A stretch of 60,289 nt of DNA from a virus, in IMG/VR virus record IMGVR_UViG_3300031578_000002, positions 1-60,289 of that record. One strand, given 5' to 3'. Each line of letters starts with the position of its first letter. Within the stretch, counting starts at the first letter, position 1. This document shows, piece after piece, positions 47,099 through 56,930 of the stretch. The translations under genes and the position numbers were made by a program. Below the pieces are notes generated by a model that saw nothing but the letters and a program-made list of their open reading frames with translations, did not search any database and had not been told where the DNA came from.

Positions 47099-48626
47099 GT
47101 AATTTCTTTAAAATACTATAAAAACTTTCAATAAGATTATCTTTCGAATCTTTTAATACTTGTTGGTACTCACCAGTAACACCTAGTGTTTTTGCAACAT
47201 CCATTGGTGTAATATGCCTTGCTGGTGTTATATTTGCTTGTATATCATTTGTTTCACTTACGGTCTTATTTAAATGACTGTTAATATAATCTAATAGTAA
47301 ATTAACAACACCAGTTACCGTATCAAAAACTCTTATCATTGCCTCCTTATCTGCACCCCATATTGCCACATAATTTAAAGAAGTTGTTTTTAAATCAAAG
47401 CCATATGATGCCATTATCATCCATGCCGATAATTCGGCTTGTTGTTCAACAAGTTCCCTGCCTTCACTTGTTCCTACAAAATATTGTGCGAATTTTGAGT
47501 TTTTGTTTTTTAGATAATTTTGATGTAATAGCTCATGACTTGTTTCATGCGCAAGTGTTTTTGTAATACCAACATCATTACCTTCACTTTTTAATAATTG
47601 AATTTTTCCACCACTACTCATTCCTCTTGCGCCATTTAAATTATCGATTATCTCAACAGCAATTCCATTTTCCTTATCAAATTCCAATAAGGCATTGTAT
47701 ATTGGCCTGACTTCATCGCTAATCATATTTTCTTCAAACCATTTAATGTCATTACGCTTTTCAATATCTCCAACTAAATTCTCCTTACCTTCAATTTGTG
47801 CTGTATTTGAAATATCATATACTGGCGTAAATTCAAATTGTCGTCTGGTTAATCTACCACGAAGAATTATACTAAGTCGTTCTTTTTCACCAGCACCTAA
47901 TTCATCATATTTTCGTTTATTAACTGATTGTAAAAATTTAGCAATGATTTCTTTCTCCTGATCTTTTGAATATTTTTGCAATGCACTTTTTGCTGGAGAA
48001 CGTACAATCATTCTGTTGGATTTATCAATAATTGTTCTATTAAATTTCATCCAGTTAATTTCGCTTTTAACCATTCTTGCATTTGGGTTTTGAATCCAAA
48101 TTAATATAGTGTTGGTGAAACTATATTGATGACCTTGTGCGTTTTTAAATGCAGTTATTATCTGCATGGTTTTTTTAAATTCATCATCATCATCGAGATT
48201 AACAAGTGTTTCTTTAAATTTAGCAAGTCTATCAACAACATTTCGTTTTTCATCAGAAGTAATACCATCATCACCAGTTTCGGATGTTTTAGCTGATTGG
48301 ACTTCACCTATCACAGCATCAAGTGATGAAACCAATGACGCTTTACTTTCCTCTTCAGGAGCACCTTCTAATCTATGTACTTCACGTAGTGCTGGTTCAA
48401 TAAATTTAGAGTAAACATTTTGCCACTGATCTTTAGTCTTGCCAATATACCAATACCAAATTTTATATTCACCATTCCATTTGGCACCAAAATTTTTAAA
48501 TATATCTTTGTATTTGTAAGTTTCTTTATTTTCAGGAAGATTGGGGTCGAAGTAAGCAATATTATTACCATTAGAATCTAATCTTTTACTTATTTTAAAT
48601 GCCTCATTTAAAGTTTTCATTTTCAT
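47091..48626 (-). CDS. ArdC-like ssDNA-binding plus MPTase zincin protein
   Basis: K..GAKW.....W N-domain; YSFTNTILI..Q.P.A...W...R; PVYDISNT; TLAHETSHELLH; EQQAE; YVAIWG. Confidence 0.8.
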   Translation of the reverse strand: MKMKTLNEAFKISKRLDSNGNNIAYFDPNLPENKETYKYKDIFKNFGAKWNGEYKIWYWYIGKTKDQWQNVYSKFIEPALREVHRLEGAPEEESKASLVSSLDAVIGEVQSAKTSETGDDGITSDEKRNVVDRLAKFKETLVNLDDDDEFKKTMQIITAFKNAQGHQYSFTNTILIWIQNPNARMVKSEINWMKFNRTIIDKSNRMIVRSPAKSALQKYSKDQEKEIIAKFLQSVNKRKYDELGAGEKERLSIILRGRLTRRQFEFTPVYDISNTAQIEGKENLVGDIEKRNDIKWFEENMISDEVRPIYNALLEFDKENGIAVEIIDNLNGARGMSSGGKIQLLKSEGNDVGITKTLAHETSHELLHQNYLKNKNSKFAQYFVGTSEGRELVEQQAELSAWMIMASYGFDLKTTSLNYVAIWGADKEAMIRVFDTVTGVVNLLLDYINSHLNKTVSETNDIQANITPARHITPMDVAKTLGVTGEYQQVLKDSKDNLIESFYSILKKLHE

Positions 48627-48789
48627 TAATATTATCAATACAATTATTTACAACAGGCTCAAACCCATCATTCATAAATCCATCATGAGTTATTTTTAAT
48701 TCCTGCTCAATGAGTATGCCCCTATATTCACTTTCAACACCCAAAATCTTTGCAATATCAACTGGTGTCACTAATTTTGCTTTTTTCAT
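48604..48789 (-). CDS. 61-aa HTH-like protein homologous to the C-terminus of the downstream ArdC protein
   Basis: VTPVDIAKILGVESEY vs ITPMDVAKTLGVTGEY; own ECF promoter. Confidence 0.6.
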   Translation of the reverse strand: MKKAKLVTPVDIAKILGVESEYRGILIEQELKITHDGFMNDGFEPVVNNCIDNINENENFK

Positions 48790-48801
48790 AATTATTGATT
48801 A

Positions 48802-48826
48802 TACGTTGTATTTAAATTTTTGTTAC
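48802..48826 (-). promoter_or_regulatory. ECF-type promoter GTAAC-N16-CGTA
   Basis: 12 nt upstream of ATG 48789. Confidence 0.65.
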
Positions 48827-51800
48827 GTTAATTTCAGTTAATAAATCCCGATCATTCAATGCCCATAACAGTAACTGCTTTAATTTTTCATTATTCGAAT
48901 AATCTTCATAGTTATTTTGTAGAAATTCTAAAACAGATGCTGCTGATGGGTCTTTATATGATTTTTCGCCATTTTGTGTGTTCCATTCATCGTATTTACG
49001 AACAAAAAACGGAATATTAACTATTTCATCATTTAATTTATATTTGCCATCACCAATTTCATTATATTCTTCAGTTAAAATACCACGGTCATTTAGTTTT
49101 AAAATGTTTTTCGATTCATTTTTTGTTGAAAAAATTAATTTATTCCCAATAAACTTTATTTTCTTTTTTAAATTTACAATATATTTATCACCACAACCTT
49201 TTTTTACATATGCAATTGTGATGTGTGCATGATATTCAGGAAAATCTGATGTATTCGGTAGCTCTTTTAATACTTTATTAATATTTGTTAATAATTTTGA
49301 ATTGACATCAAATTTAACAACATCAAATTCATCATTTTCAAATATTGAAATTTTATTTGTTGTTATTTCAATTGGTTTTAATTTAAAGTTTTTTTTATAT
49401 AAATCAAAAACCTCCGTACTATTTACATTATCGTGGAATCCATACAGTAATGTTAAATGTGGCATCGTTTCAATGCCAAACTCATCGTTTTTTTCATATA
49501 TATCATCTTTTTTGATAATTTTTGTAAATTTTTTCCAATCTGGAATGTCCAGCCCTAACATTAGTGCGCCATACTCAATTTGTGTTGTTTTTTTTACTTG
49601 TTCGTTAAGGCTTTTATCTAACAAAGATAATAAATCATTCTTATTGTTATTAACAGTATTTGAATAAATTTTTAATAGCATCATCTTTAATGTATCGCCA
49701 ATTTCTTTACCTTTTAATCCTAATTGCATTAAATCGTTTCCATTTACAGCTAATTCACTAATCGTTTTCGGATATTTACCTTCTAATAATTCTTGTGCTG
49801 CTGTTTTTATTGCATTTGGTAATATTTGACTATTAAGTGATATTGGTGATGTCACATACATATTATGAGCAATCGTTCTTGCTTCAATCATATTTGTTGT
49901 TTCACTGCCATCAAAGGCCATTTCTAATGCCTTAATCTCCTTATATGTATCAATATCACCTCTTAAATTGTTTTTGTAAAACTCCGCAGGATTTTCAACT
50001 AGATTATGTGAAATTAAATAAATAAATTCACCCATTGTTTTTACATTATTCCAAATTTTGTCATTAACTAATATTCCAGAATCTCTGCCAAAAATATTTT
50101 TTAATAAACCCGTTTGTTTTAATAAAAATGCTGCGGAAAATTTATCACCCTTTTTCACAATTTTATCAAATTCTGTTAGTATTCTTTCTGGTGGAATTTC
50201 TTTAATTCTTTCGGCATTATCCCTAATCATTTGCATTGTCTTTGGTTCAATCTTAAACCCAAAACGACTTGCGAACTGTACGACCCTCAGCATTCTTAAA
50301 GGATCGTCATTAAATGCTTCAGGATTTGCCGCTGAAATTTGTTTTTTCTCAATATCTTCCAAACCACCCAATGGGTCAATAAATTTACCTGTATTTATAT
50401 TAATTGCAATTGCATTGATCTTCACATCTCTTCTAATAAGATCATCCTCAATTGGTAAATTTTCATCGCTCTGAACATCAAAACCACGATAGCCACCTTC
50501 ACCATTTAATTTTTCTTTTCTCGGCAACGCAATGTCGTAATCAACACCGTCCCCATCAACAAATTTAATAACACCAAATGATTTACCAACAACATCGACT
50601 TTACCAAATTTTTGTAAGTGCGCTATTAGTGCATCAATTGGTACTTCTCTAACAACCAAATCTATATCCTTATTGGGTTTATTGAGTACAAGATCACGAA
50701 CTGCTCCACCCACTACGTAAATATCTGACATTAAGTCTTCAATTAATGATTTAATAAATGGCTTACTTATTAATCCATTTCTAAAATCACTAATTTTATT
50801 GTTGCTGTTCATTAATTTAGTTTCGTTAATTGCTGAGGTCTTTATCTTATTTTTTCTCATAAGTTCGGATACAATAAAATTAACAATATCATCATATTCT
50901 TCACCAAATACTTCACGAGCAATATTTCTATTATAATAAATTATTAAATAATAGAAATATATGTCATCCATATCTTCATCCGAAAGATATTGTTTATTGT
51001 TTGCAATATTAATATAATTTTTAATATTATCATAAAATTCTTTCATTTTATCTATGCTAATGTTTTTATATGTATTGCTACCCATTACTTGAAGGTCTTC
51101 GGTAATATCATTATCTTTAATAATCTTAATTTGTTTGGGGCTAAAAACAAAATAATCATCATCAAGTTTTGCCCCATCATATCCCATTTCACGTAGCTGA
51201 CCTAAACCATATTTACTATATTCATTCCAACCCGCCATTTTTTTGATTGATAAATACGCTTTAATAATTCTACTTCTTCCAGCAGCACCAGCATCGCCTC
51301 TTTCGATTTTATCTCTATCAGATGAAAACCATATAATTGGTTGTGCGGCATTTTTTAAGCTAAATTTATTAAAATCTTGATTAGTACCATGATAAACAAC
51401 TAGTGGTTTACCTGTGTTATCAACAACTTTTGAACCATTAAACCATTCGGAGTTAACGGCTTCATCAATTTTTTTAATTTCTAGATTATTGATATCTCCT
51501 TGATTACAAGCAGCACTAGTATTTCCTAAACCAGCTAATTTACATTTTTTTTTAACATTTACCGTACTACTACCAGCCATTGATGAAATAATTCTTTCAA
51601 CCAATTCATCAATTGTGTATTTATCTTGCGTTGCATCATCGACATGATGATATTCCAAATCTTCATACATATCATCACTGGTTCGAATATTATTATCTGT
51701 CATTGGCGATGAATCATATTGACTATATGGCGGAAAACCATCCTGTCCTATTGAGTTGTCCGTTGAGTACAGTGAAGTACCATCCTCATCCATTTCAATT

Positions 51801-54142
51801 TTTTGTGGCTGTTTCTCGTTAAAAGCAATATCACCCCAACCCATGTCAAAAAACCCTAAATTACCGTTCTTTTTATAACCCAAATTCGATGTATTATAAA
51901 AATCAGCACTTTTTATCCCATATTTGCGTGCTTCATCAGCAATTGCCAAAAGTCCATAATAAAATTTTGCATCTTCTGGATTTTTTAATAAGTACTTATC
52001 GATCTTATCTTTATTTAAATCATATCCGCCATATAAATAATCATCAAGAACAGAATAAAAATTTAAACCTAATATATTGTTAAAAGCATATTGTAATCTT
52101 TTAACGATTCTATCAAAATATTGTTGATCGGTTTTTAGTTTTTCTGATATAATCACATATGACTGAGGTATTGGTGAAGTTTTTTGTGGTGTAATTTCGA
52201 ATACATCATATATATTAGCTAAATGTTCTAATTCAATTCCTTTTACCTTTAAACTTTCAACTGCTTCACTTTTATCTGAGGTAACTTTCATGATTTTATC
52301 GTTACCAATATCATATGCAAAACCATGTCTGCCTTGACCAAGATATTGTGGTTGACTGAATCCATGTACCTCAGCAACCTTATTAGCAATTAAATCACCA
52401 ACGTTTCTATTGAATCTTCTATCAATATCTTCGGTAATTTCAACACTTTCTGGAATATAAACTGTTTGATCACTATTTAATTGTGGTTCAATACTGCGGT
52501 ATCCACCAAAATCAAAAAATTTTAAAACGCCATTTTCATATCCAAGGTTCTCTACATTACTATAGTCATTTGAATAAATTCCATAGCTCAGCAATTCTTT
52601 TTTTATTTCAACGATGCCAAGAATAAAATTGTAGGTTTTTTTTCTGCCTTCATTAGAAATGTTTGCTTCGGGATTTTGACTTAAAATTCCTTGTGCTAAT
52701 GCAATGATATTATTTGCATCAATACTTTTCTTTTTCATTAATATCATAAAATCAACAAAACCCATTTCATTAGGCATTATCGCATCAACAATATTAATAT
52801 ATCTCCAAAATTCTTGAACGGGTTTATTTTCAACATTTTCCTCAATAAATCCAAAAAATGCCTGATTTTTTTCAGTATCAACAATTTTATATATATTATA
52901 TACCGCAGCAATATGTATGGGTTTTGCTCCTAATAATTTAAATGCAGCATCTGCTTCACTAGCATCAGATGTTAATTTAAATATTTTATTGTTTCCGATA
53001 TCAAAAGCAAAACCATTTGAGCCACCGCCAAGTGATTTAATAACGGTGAATTTAAGTTTTTCACCCACCGATTTAACTAAATTATTCGCATATGCCTCAT
53101 CATCTAATGACATTGACACAACATCAGGCATATTAGCATTTTGTTCATTAATTCCATGTGCTTCTTTACCTAATCTATCCCTATTATAAACACCTTGAGA
53201 TATTAAATATTCTTGAAGTTTTAGTAAATTATCATAAAATTTGCGTTTATTTGTTGTATGATTTAAAGTTTCTTTTAAATTATTTATGCACTCATGAAAA
53301 TTATCAACAAGTACTGGTAAATTATTAATTGCTGTTTTAGGGTATTCATTTCTATTTTCAACAAACTCTACAAACTCTTCATTTATTGTATCATCACCAT
53401 CACCAACACCATATGGGATTATTGCCCACATTCCATGTCTTATCTCATCGCCATCGTCAATATCAGAAAGAATGTCATCATTACCGTCTGCAAAATTATA
53501 CATTTCGTACATACGATAGTTTTGTTTTCTTTGTGGACTATAATATGTATTGTAAACTTCATCATTAAGACCATAATCTGTTAATACAATTGAAGGCTGA
53601 CCCCCACGAAGTACTTCACCATATGATGATGGTTTTATATAATCTCCGGGTGATTGATTATAATTAGCAATTAGATTTGTTAAGTCTTGAGCAAATTCAT
53701 TTTTATTAAGTTCTTCTTTCATTTCAGGAGTTTGACCAAACACATCCCTCTTGCCGTTATTATTCGATACAAAATTCCTGACATAATGATATAATTCATT
53801 AAGACTTGGTATGCCCGTTAGTTCTTTAATTCTCTTTTCATTAACCTTTTTAGCCTTTTCTGAGATAATCCAAGTATCATCATCTGCTTCATCAAACACT
53901 TCTGTTACAATATCTTGAGCGTCAGGATAACGACCAACATTACTTTCAGCTTCATTTTGGGCAATACCTTTGGTATTTTTTGCTAGTTTTAATACTTTCT
54001 CACCATCAATATCATAGACAATTCTGCCACTACCACTACCAATTCTAGTTAAATTAGCATTAGCATAACTTATTCTCCCAGCAAACGATTTTATTTTAAG
54101 AAACTCTTTTAAGAAATTTTCAAGAAATTCTACATATGTCAT
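48812..54142 (-). CDS. polyvalent polyprotein: 3 kinase domains, ART-PolyVal-like, CCA-adding nucleotidyltransferase, Acb1-like 2H phosphoesterase
   Basis: GxGxxG/K/D..N/DxG three times; PLVVYHGT...GYDG; VGGAVRD..DID, DL.RRD..INA, DPLRMLR; PHLTLLYG and HAHITIAY; late motif at 54162-54170. Confidence 0.85.
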   Translation of the reverse strand: MTYVEFLENFLKEFLKIKSFAGRISYANANLTRIGSGSGRIVYDIDGEKVLKLAKNTKGIAQNEAESNVGRYPDAQDIVTEVFDEADDDTWIISEKAKKVNEKRIKELTGIPSLNELYHYVRNFVSNNNGKRDVFGQTPEMKEELNKNEFAQDLTNLIANYNQSPGDYIKPSSYGEVLRGGQPSIVLTDYGLNDEVYNTYYSPQRKQNYRMYEMYNFADGNDDILSDIDDGDEIRHGMWAIIPYGVGDGDDTINEEFVEFVENRNEYPKTAINNLPVLVDNFHECINNLKETLNHTTNKRKFYDNLLKLQEYLISQGVYNRDRLGKEAHGINEQNANMPDVVSMSLDDEAYANNLVKSVGEKLKFTVIKSLGGGSNGFAFDIGNNKIFKLTSDASEADAAFKLLGAKPIHIAAVYNIYKIVDTEKNQAFFGFIEENVENKPVQEFWRYINIVDAIMPNEMGFVDFMILMKKKSIDANNIIALAQGILSQNPEANISNEGRKKTYNFILGIVEIKKELLSYGIYSNDYSNVENLGYENGVLKFFDFGGYRSIEPQLNSDQTVYIPESVEITEDIDRRFNRNVGDLIANKVAEVHGFSQPQYLGQGRHGFAYDIGNDKIMKVTSDKSEAVESLKVKGIELEHLANIYDVFEITPQKTSPIPQSYVIISEKLKTDQQYFDRIVKRLQYAFNNILGLNFYSVLDDYLYGGYDLNKDKIDKYLLKNPEDAKFYYGLLAIADEARKYGIKSADFYNTSNLGYKKNGNLGFFDMGWGDIAFNEKQPQKIEMDEDGTSLYSTDNSIGQDGFPPYSQYDSSPMTDNNIRTSDDMYEDLEYHHVDDATQDKYTIDELVERIISSMAGSSTVNVKKKCKLAGLGNTSAACNQGDINNLEIKKIDEAVNSEWFNGSKVVDNTGKPLVVYHGTNQDFNKFSLKNAAQPIIWFSSDRDKIERGDAGAAGRSRIIKAYLSIKKMAGWNEYSKYGLGQLREMGYDGAKLDDDYFVFSPKQIKIIKDNDITEDLQVMGSNTYKNISIDKMKEFYDNIKNYINIANNKQYLSDEDMDDIYFYYLIIYYNRNIAREVFGEEYDDIVNFIVSELMRKNKIKTSAINETKLMNSNNKISDFRNGLISKPFIKSLIEDLMSDIYVVGGAVRDLVLNKPNKDIDLVVREVPIDALIAHLQKFGKVDVVGKSFGVIKFVDGDGVDYDIALPRKEKLNGEGGYRGFDVQSDENLPIEDDLIRRDVKINAIAININTGKFIDPLGGLEDIEKKQISAANPEAFNDDPLRMLRVVQFASRFGFKIEPKTMQMIRDNAERIKEIPPERILTEFDKIVKKGDKFSAAFLLKQTGLLKNIFGRDSGILVNDKIWNNVKTMGEFIYLISHNLVENPAEFYKNNLRGDIDTYKEIKALEMAFDGSETTNMIEARTIAHNMYVTSPISLNSQILPNAIKTAAQELLEGKYPKTISELAVNGNDLMQLGLKGKEIGDTLKMMLLKIYSNTVNNNKNDLLSLLDKSLNEQVKKTTQIEYGALMLGLDIPDWKKFTKIIKKDDIYEKNDEFGIETMPHLTLLYGFHDNVNSTEVFDLYKKNFKLKPIEITTNKISIFENDEFDVVKFDVNSKLLTNINKVLKELPNTSDFPEYHAHITIAYVKKGCGDKYIVNLKKKIKFIGNKLIFSTKNESKNILKLNDRGILTEEYNEIGDGKYKLNDEIVNIPFFVRKYDEWNTQNGEKSYKDPSAASVLEFLQNNYEDYSNNEKLKQLLLWALNDRDLLTEINVTKI

Positions 54143-54205
54143 ACTTAAATTATAATACTAATATAAATACAAACACATAGATAAAAAGAAATAAAAAAAA
54201 CGCAA

Positions 54206-54850
54206 TCAATGTTGCGTTTTTGCTTTACTTTTAGCTTGAATTTCTTTTATGGTTTCATAAACCAATGATTTAATCATTTCTTTATTTTCTGTAAGTACCT
54301 CTTTTATTCTTTCAACAGCATACATTTCAAGTATGGTATTCTTTATTGCTTCTTCGAAGATTGGTCCTAAATTTTGAACTAAATGATCATTTACAATAGT
54401 CTTAACATTTTCAGCTAAATATGCCTCATTAATTTGCTGTGGTTTTATACCGTTATTTTGTGATACTGACTGATTAGTGTTTGGTTGATAGTACCCCTGC
54501 ATTGACTCAGATAATGTCTGTTTACGTTTATTTTCAATTTCCGCCCATAATTGTTCATCTCTTTCAGGTGACATATTAATTGAAGATAAGTTATTATTTG
54601 ATTGTCTTTGTGTTGGCGTTACCACTTCATTTACTGGTAACTTAGCATTTTCGCCCTTTTTTATTGCAACTTTATTGTCAACGGTTTTAACTAATGCTGA
54701 TGATTCTGTTTCCCTTCCAGTGTTTAATGATTCAAGCAATCCATTTAAAAATGCATCACGGGGTGCTGCACCAGAATTCACTCCAATGCCCTTATCTCGT
54801 TTACGTGTATCTATTTCTGTTCTCAGTTTATTTAAATCAGGTTTTGCCAT
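54206..54850 (-). CDS. hypothetical late protein (possible head/scaffold-associated)
   Basis: Late motif at 54882; LSE/INE/LTE sites. Confidence 0.6.
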   Translation of the reverse strand: MAKPDLNKLRTEIDTRKRDKGIGVNSGAAPRDAFLNGLLESLNTGRETESSALVKTVDNKVAIKKGENAKLPVNEVVTPTQRQSNNNLSSINMSPERDEQLWAEIENKRKQTLSESMQGYYQPNTNQSVSQNNGIKPQQINEAYLAENVKTIVNDHLVQNLGPIFEEAIKNTILEMYAVERIKEVLTENKEMIKSLVYETIKEIQAKSKAKTQH

Positions 54851-54891
54851 TATATTGAAATTATAAATTTTTATTATTTTTTATAAATACG

Positions 54892-55818
54892 TTATTGTTT
54901 GAAAAAAGTCTTTTTTTCGAACGGAATTGTTGGTGATTCAGAATTTTTATCTTCACCTTGGGGTTTATTTAACTCATTTTTAGACTTATCTAACTTATCT
55001 CTAAAAAATTTATCATTAACAGGCGTATTATTTTTAACTAATGAATCATATAAATATGATAACGTACCAATAATCGCTGCATCAGGAATATTTTTTTTGT
55101 CTTTATCGCCAGCAGGTATTAGTTGAAAATTATTTTTGTCATCAATTACGACAAGAAAGCTACCACGGCTTTTTTTATAAACATTACTTGCAATATCACG
55201 TAATTTAACCACATCATTTGCAGTAATCTTTCGTTTAGCTTTATTGCCTCTTCGAATACTATCCCATTTTTCTTTGGTAAGATCATTTTTTGTTTTTTCA
55301 TCACCATGAAATTCCTTATCGTACTTATATTCAAAATCTGGTTGGTTTTTTGTTGATACATATGCGGTAATGCTGCTCATGTCCTTATCACCGCCTTCAT
55401 GATATCCAGCGGGTATCATAACCAATCCATTTGAATCATTAAACTTTTTACCTGTTGGGAATATCTTTTCAATCTTATCTAATCGAAACATACGCCAACC
55501 CGGTTTCATACCTTCTTCATCAATCCAATAATCATGATTTTGACTATCCCTACGTGTTGGTCTGTTGTCAAAATGATAACTATTTTTTGGGTTATCTTGC
55601 CATGCCCGTAGTACTTTATTCCCAGCCTTACTTGTACCTAAAACATAAGGTCTAATTGTTCGATAGCCCTTTTTATTTGTTCTATCACCAGCATAGTAAA
55701 TATAGACATATTCATGATTTTGAATATATCCTACAATGTCGTTATCATTAACACTTTCAGTTAATAAATGACGAAAAGTTTTAATGTTATTAAATAATAT
55801 TTTAACCTCAGTTAACAT
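54892..55818 (-). CDS. WYL-domain protein
   Basis: YIYY.GD...GYR.I.PYVLG...GN.VLRAWQ...PGWRMFRLDKI. Confidence 0.7.
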   Translation of the reverse strand: MLTEVKILFNNIKTFRHLLTESVNDNDIVGYIQNHEYVYIYYAGDRTNKKGYRTIRPYVLGTSKAGNKVLRAWQDNPKNSYHFDNRPTRRDSQNHDYWIDEEGMKPGWRMFRLDKIEKIFPTGKKFNDSNGLVMIPAGYHEGGDKDMSSITAYVSTKNQPDFEYKYDKEFHGDEKTKNDLTKEKWDSIRRGNKAKRKITANDVVKLRDIASNVYKKSRGSFLVVIDDKNNFQLIPAGDKDKKNIPDAAIIGTLSYLYDSLVKNNTPVNDKFFRDKLDKSKNELNKPQGEDKNSESPTIPFEKKTFFKQ

Positions 55819-55827
55819 CTTAATTTT

Positions 55828-56106
55828 TTAACAATTACCACAACCATATGGCTTAGCTACTGTATAGTGATTTGCATTTTTCCCTAATAAAGCATTCCTA
55901 CATTCAATATCAAAATTGGTACCGATTGTGCTACTAGTACTTGAGTCTTTTGGGTCTCTTCCTCTACAATCACCATCAGAAATTACATCTTTATTACCAT
56001 CTTTATATTCATTTCCTTCAACATAACCACATGAATTTTTAATTAAACTACATGTTCGATAAGCTTCACTTAATGCTGATAATTTACTTGGGGTTTCGTC
56101 TGCCAT
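55828..56106 (-). CDS. small Cys-rich late protein
   Basis: Six Cys; late motif at 56140-56148. Confidence 0.65.
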   Translation of the reverse strand: MADETPSKLSALSEAYRTCSLIKNSCGYVEGNEYKDGNKDVISDGDCRGRDPKDSSTSSTIGTNFDIECRNALLGKNANHYTVAKPYGCGNC

Positions 56107-56150
56107 TTTATTTTAATTTTAATCTTTCTGTTATTTTATTATAAATACTA

Positions 56151-56924
56151 TTATTCATACTTTTTAAAAACAATTGTTATATATTCCAGTAAATGTGGAA
56201 CAATGTCTAAGTACTTCATTTCACTTACATCATACCACCCATAATTAGTGTTCTCATCATTAAGTTTTATATCTGTTGGCTCGCCATTATATCTACAAGC
56301 AAAAACATGTTCAGTAGAATCGGTATTTCGTTGAATTGTAAATGACTTGATGAATTTATTAATCACTAAACCCGTTTCTTCTTGAATCTCCCTTTCAATG
56401 GCTTTTTTCGGTGTTTCATTTTTTTCAATTTCACCACCAACAAATGACCATTTATTTGGCATCCAAATCTTTCCATCATCGGCACGCTTAAGTAATAGGA
56501 ATTTATTATCATTGTCAATAACAATCCCAACAACATTTTTTTTCTTTTCCTTTTTTTCCTCATTAAGCCTAGGAGTCTGATATGGTCTCAACTCTGAATT
56601 TGGATTAGCCGTCATATCCCTCTTTATTTCTTTACTTGCCTTAACTGCATGCCTATCAGAATTTAATGTCGTCTCAATGAAAGCTTTCATTGAATTACCT
56701 CCAGCAAGTGCATACTGATTTTTATTATCTAACTGTGGATTGAAATGATCAAAAAAATTTTTTAATCTTTTCATTGCTTGATATGTTATTGTACCGTTTC
56801 TTACTAAGAATTTTGCACGTTTAACACCATCACCACTAGGATTACCTACCAATGTTGCTTTAATACCATTTAATATGTCCGCAGGTATCTTATATTGTTT
56901 ATCATATAGTTCTTGGTTTGCCAT
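56151..56924 (-). CDS. N-terminal unknown domain plus NUDIX hydrolase
   Basis: GGEIEKNETPKKAIEREIQEETG Nudix box. Confidence 0.85.
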   Translation of the reverse strand: MANQELYDKQYKIPADILNGIKATLVGNPSGDGVKRAKFLVRNGTITYQAMKRLKNFFDHFNPQLDNKNQYALAGGNSMKAFIETTLNSDRHAVKASKEIKRDMTANPNSELRPYQTPRLNEEKKEKKKNVVGIVIDNDNKFLLLKRADDGKIWMPNKWSFVGGEIEKNETPKKAIEREIQEETGLVINKFIKSFTIQRNTDSTEHVFACRYNGEPTDIKLNDENTNYGWYDVSEMKYLDIVPHLLEYITIVFKKYE

Positions 56925-56930
56925 TACAAA

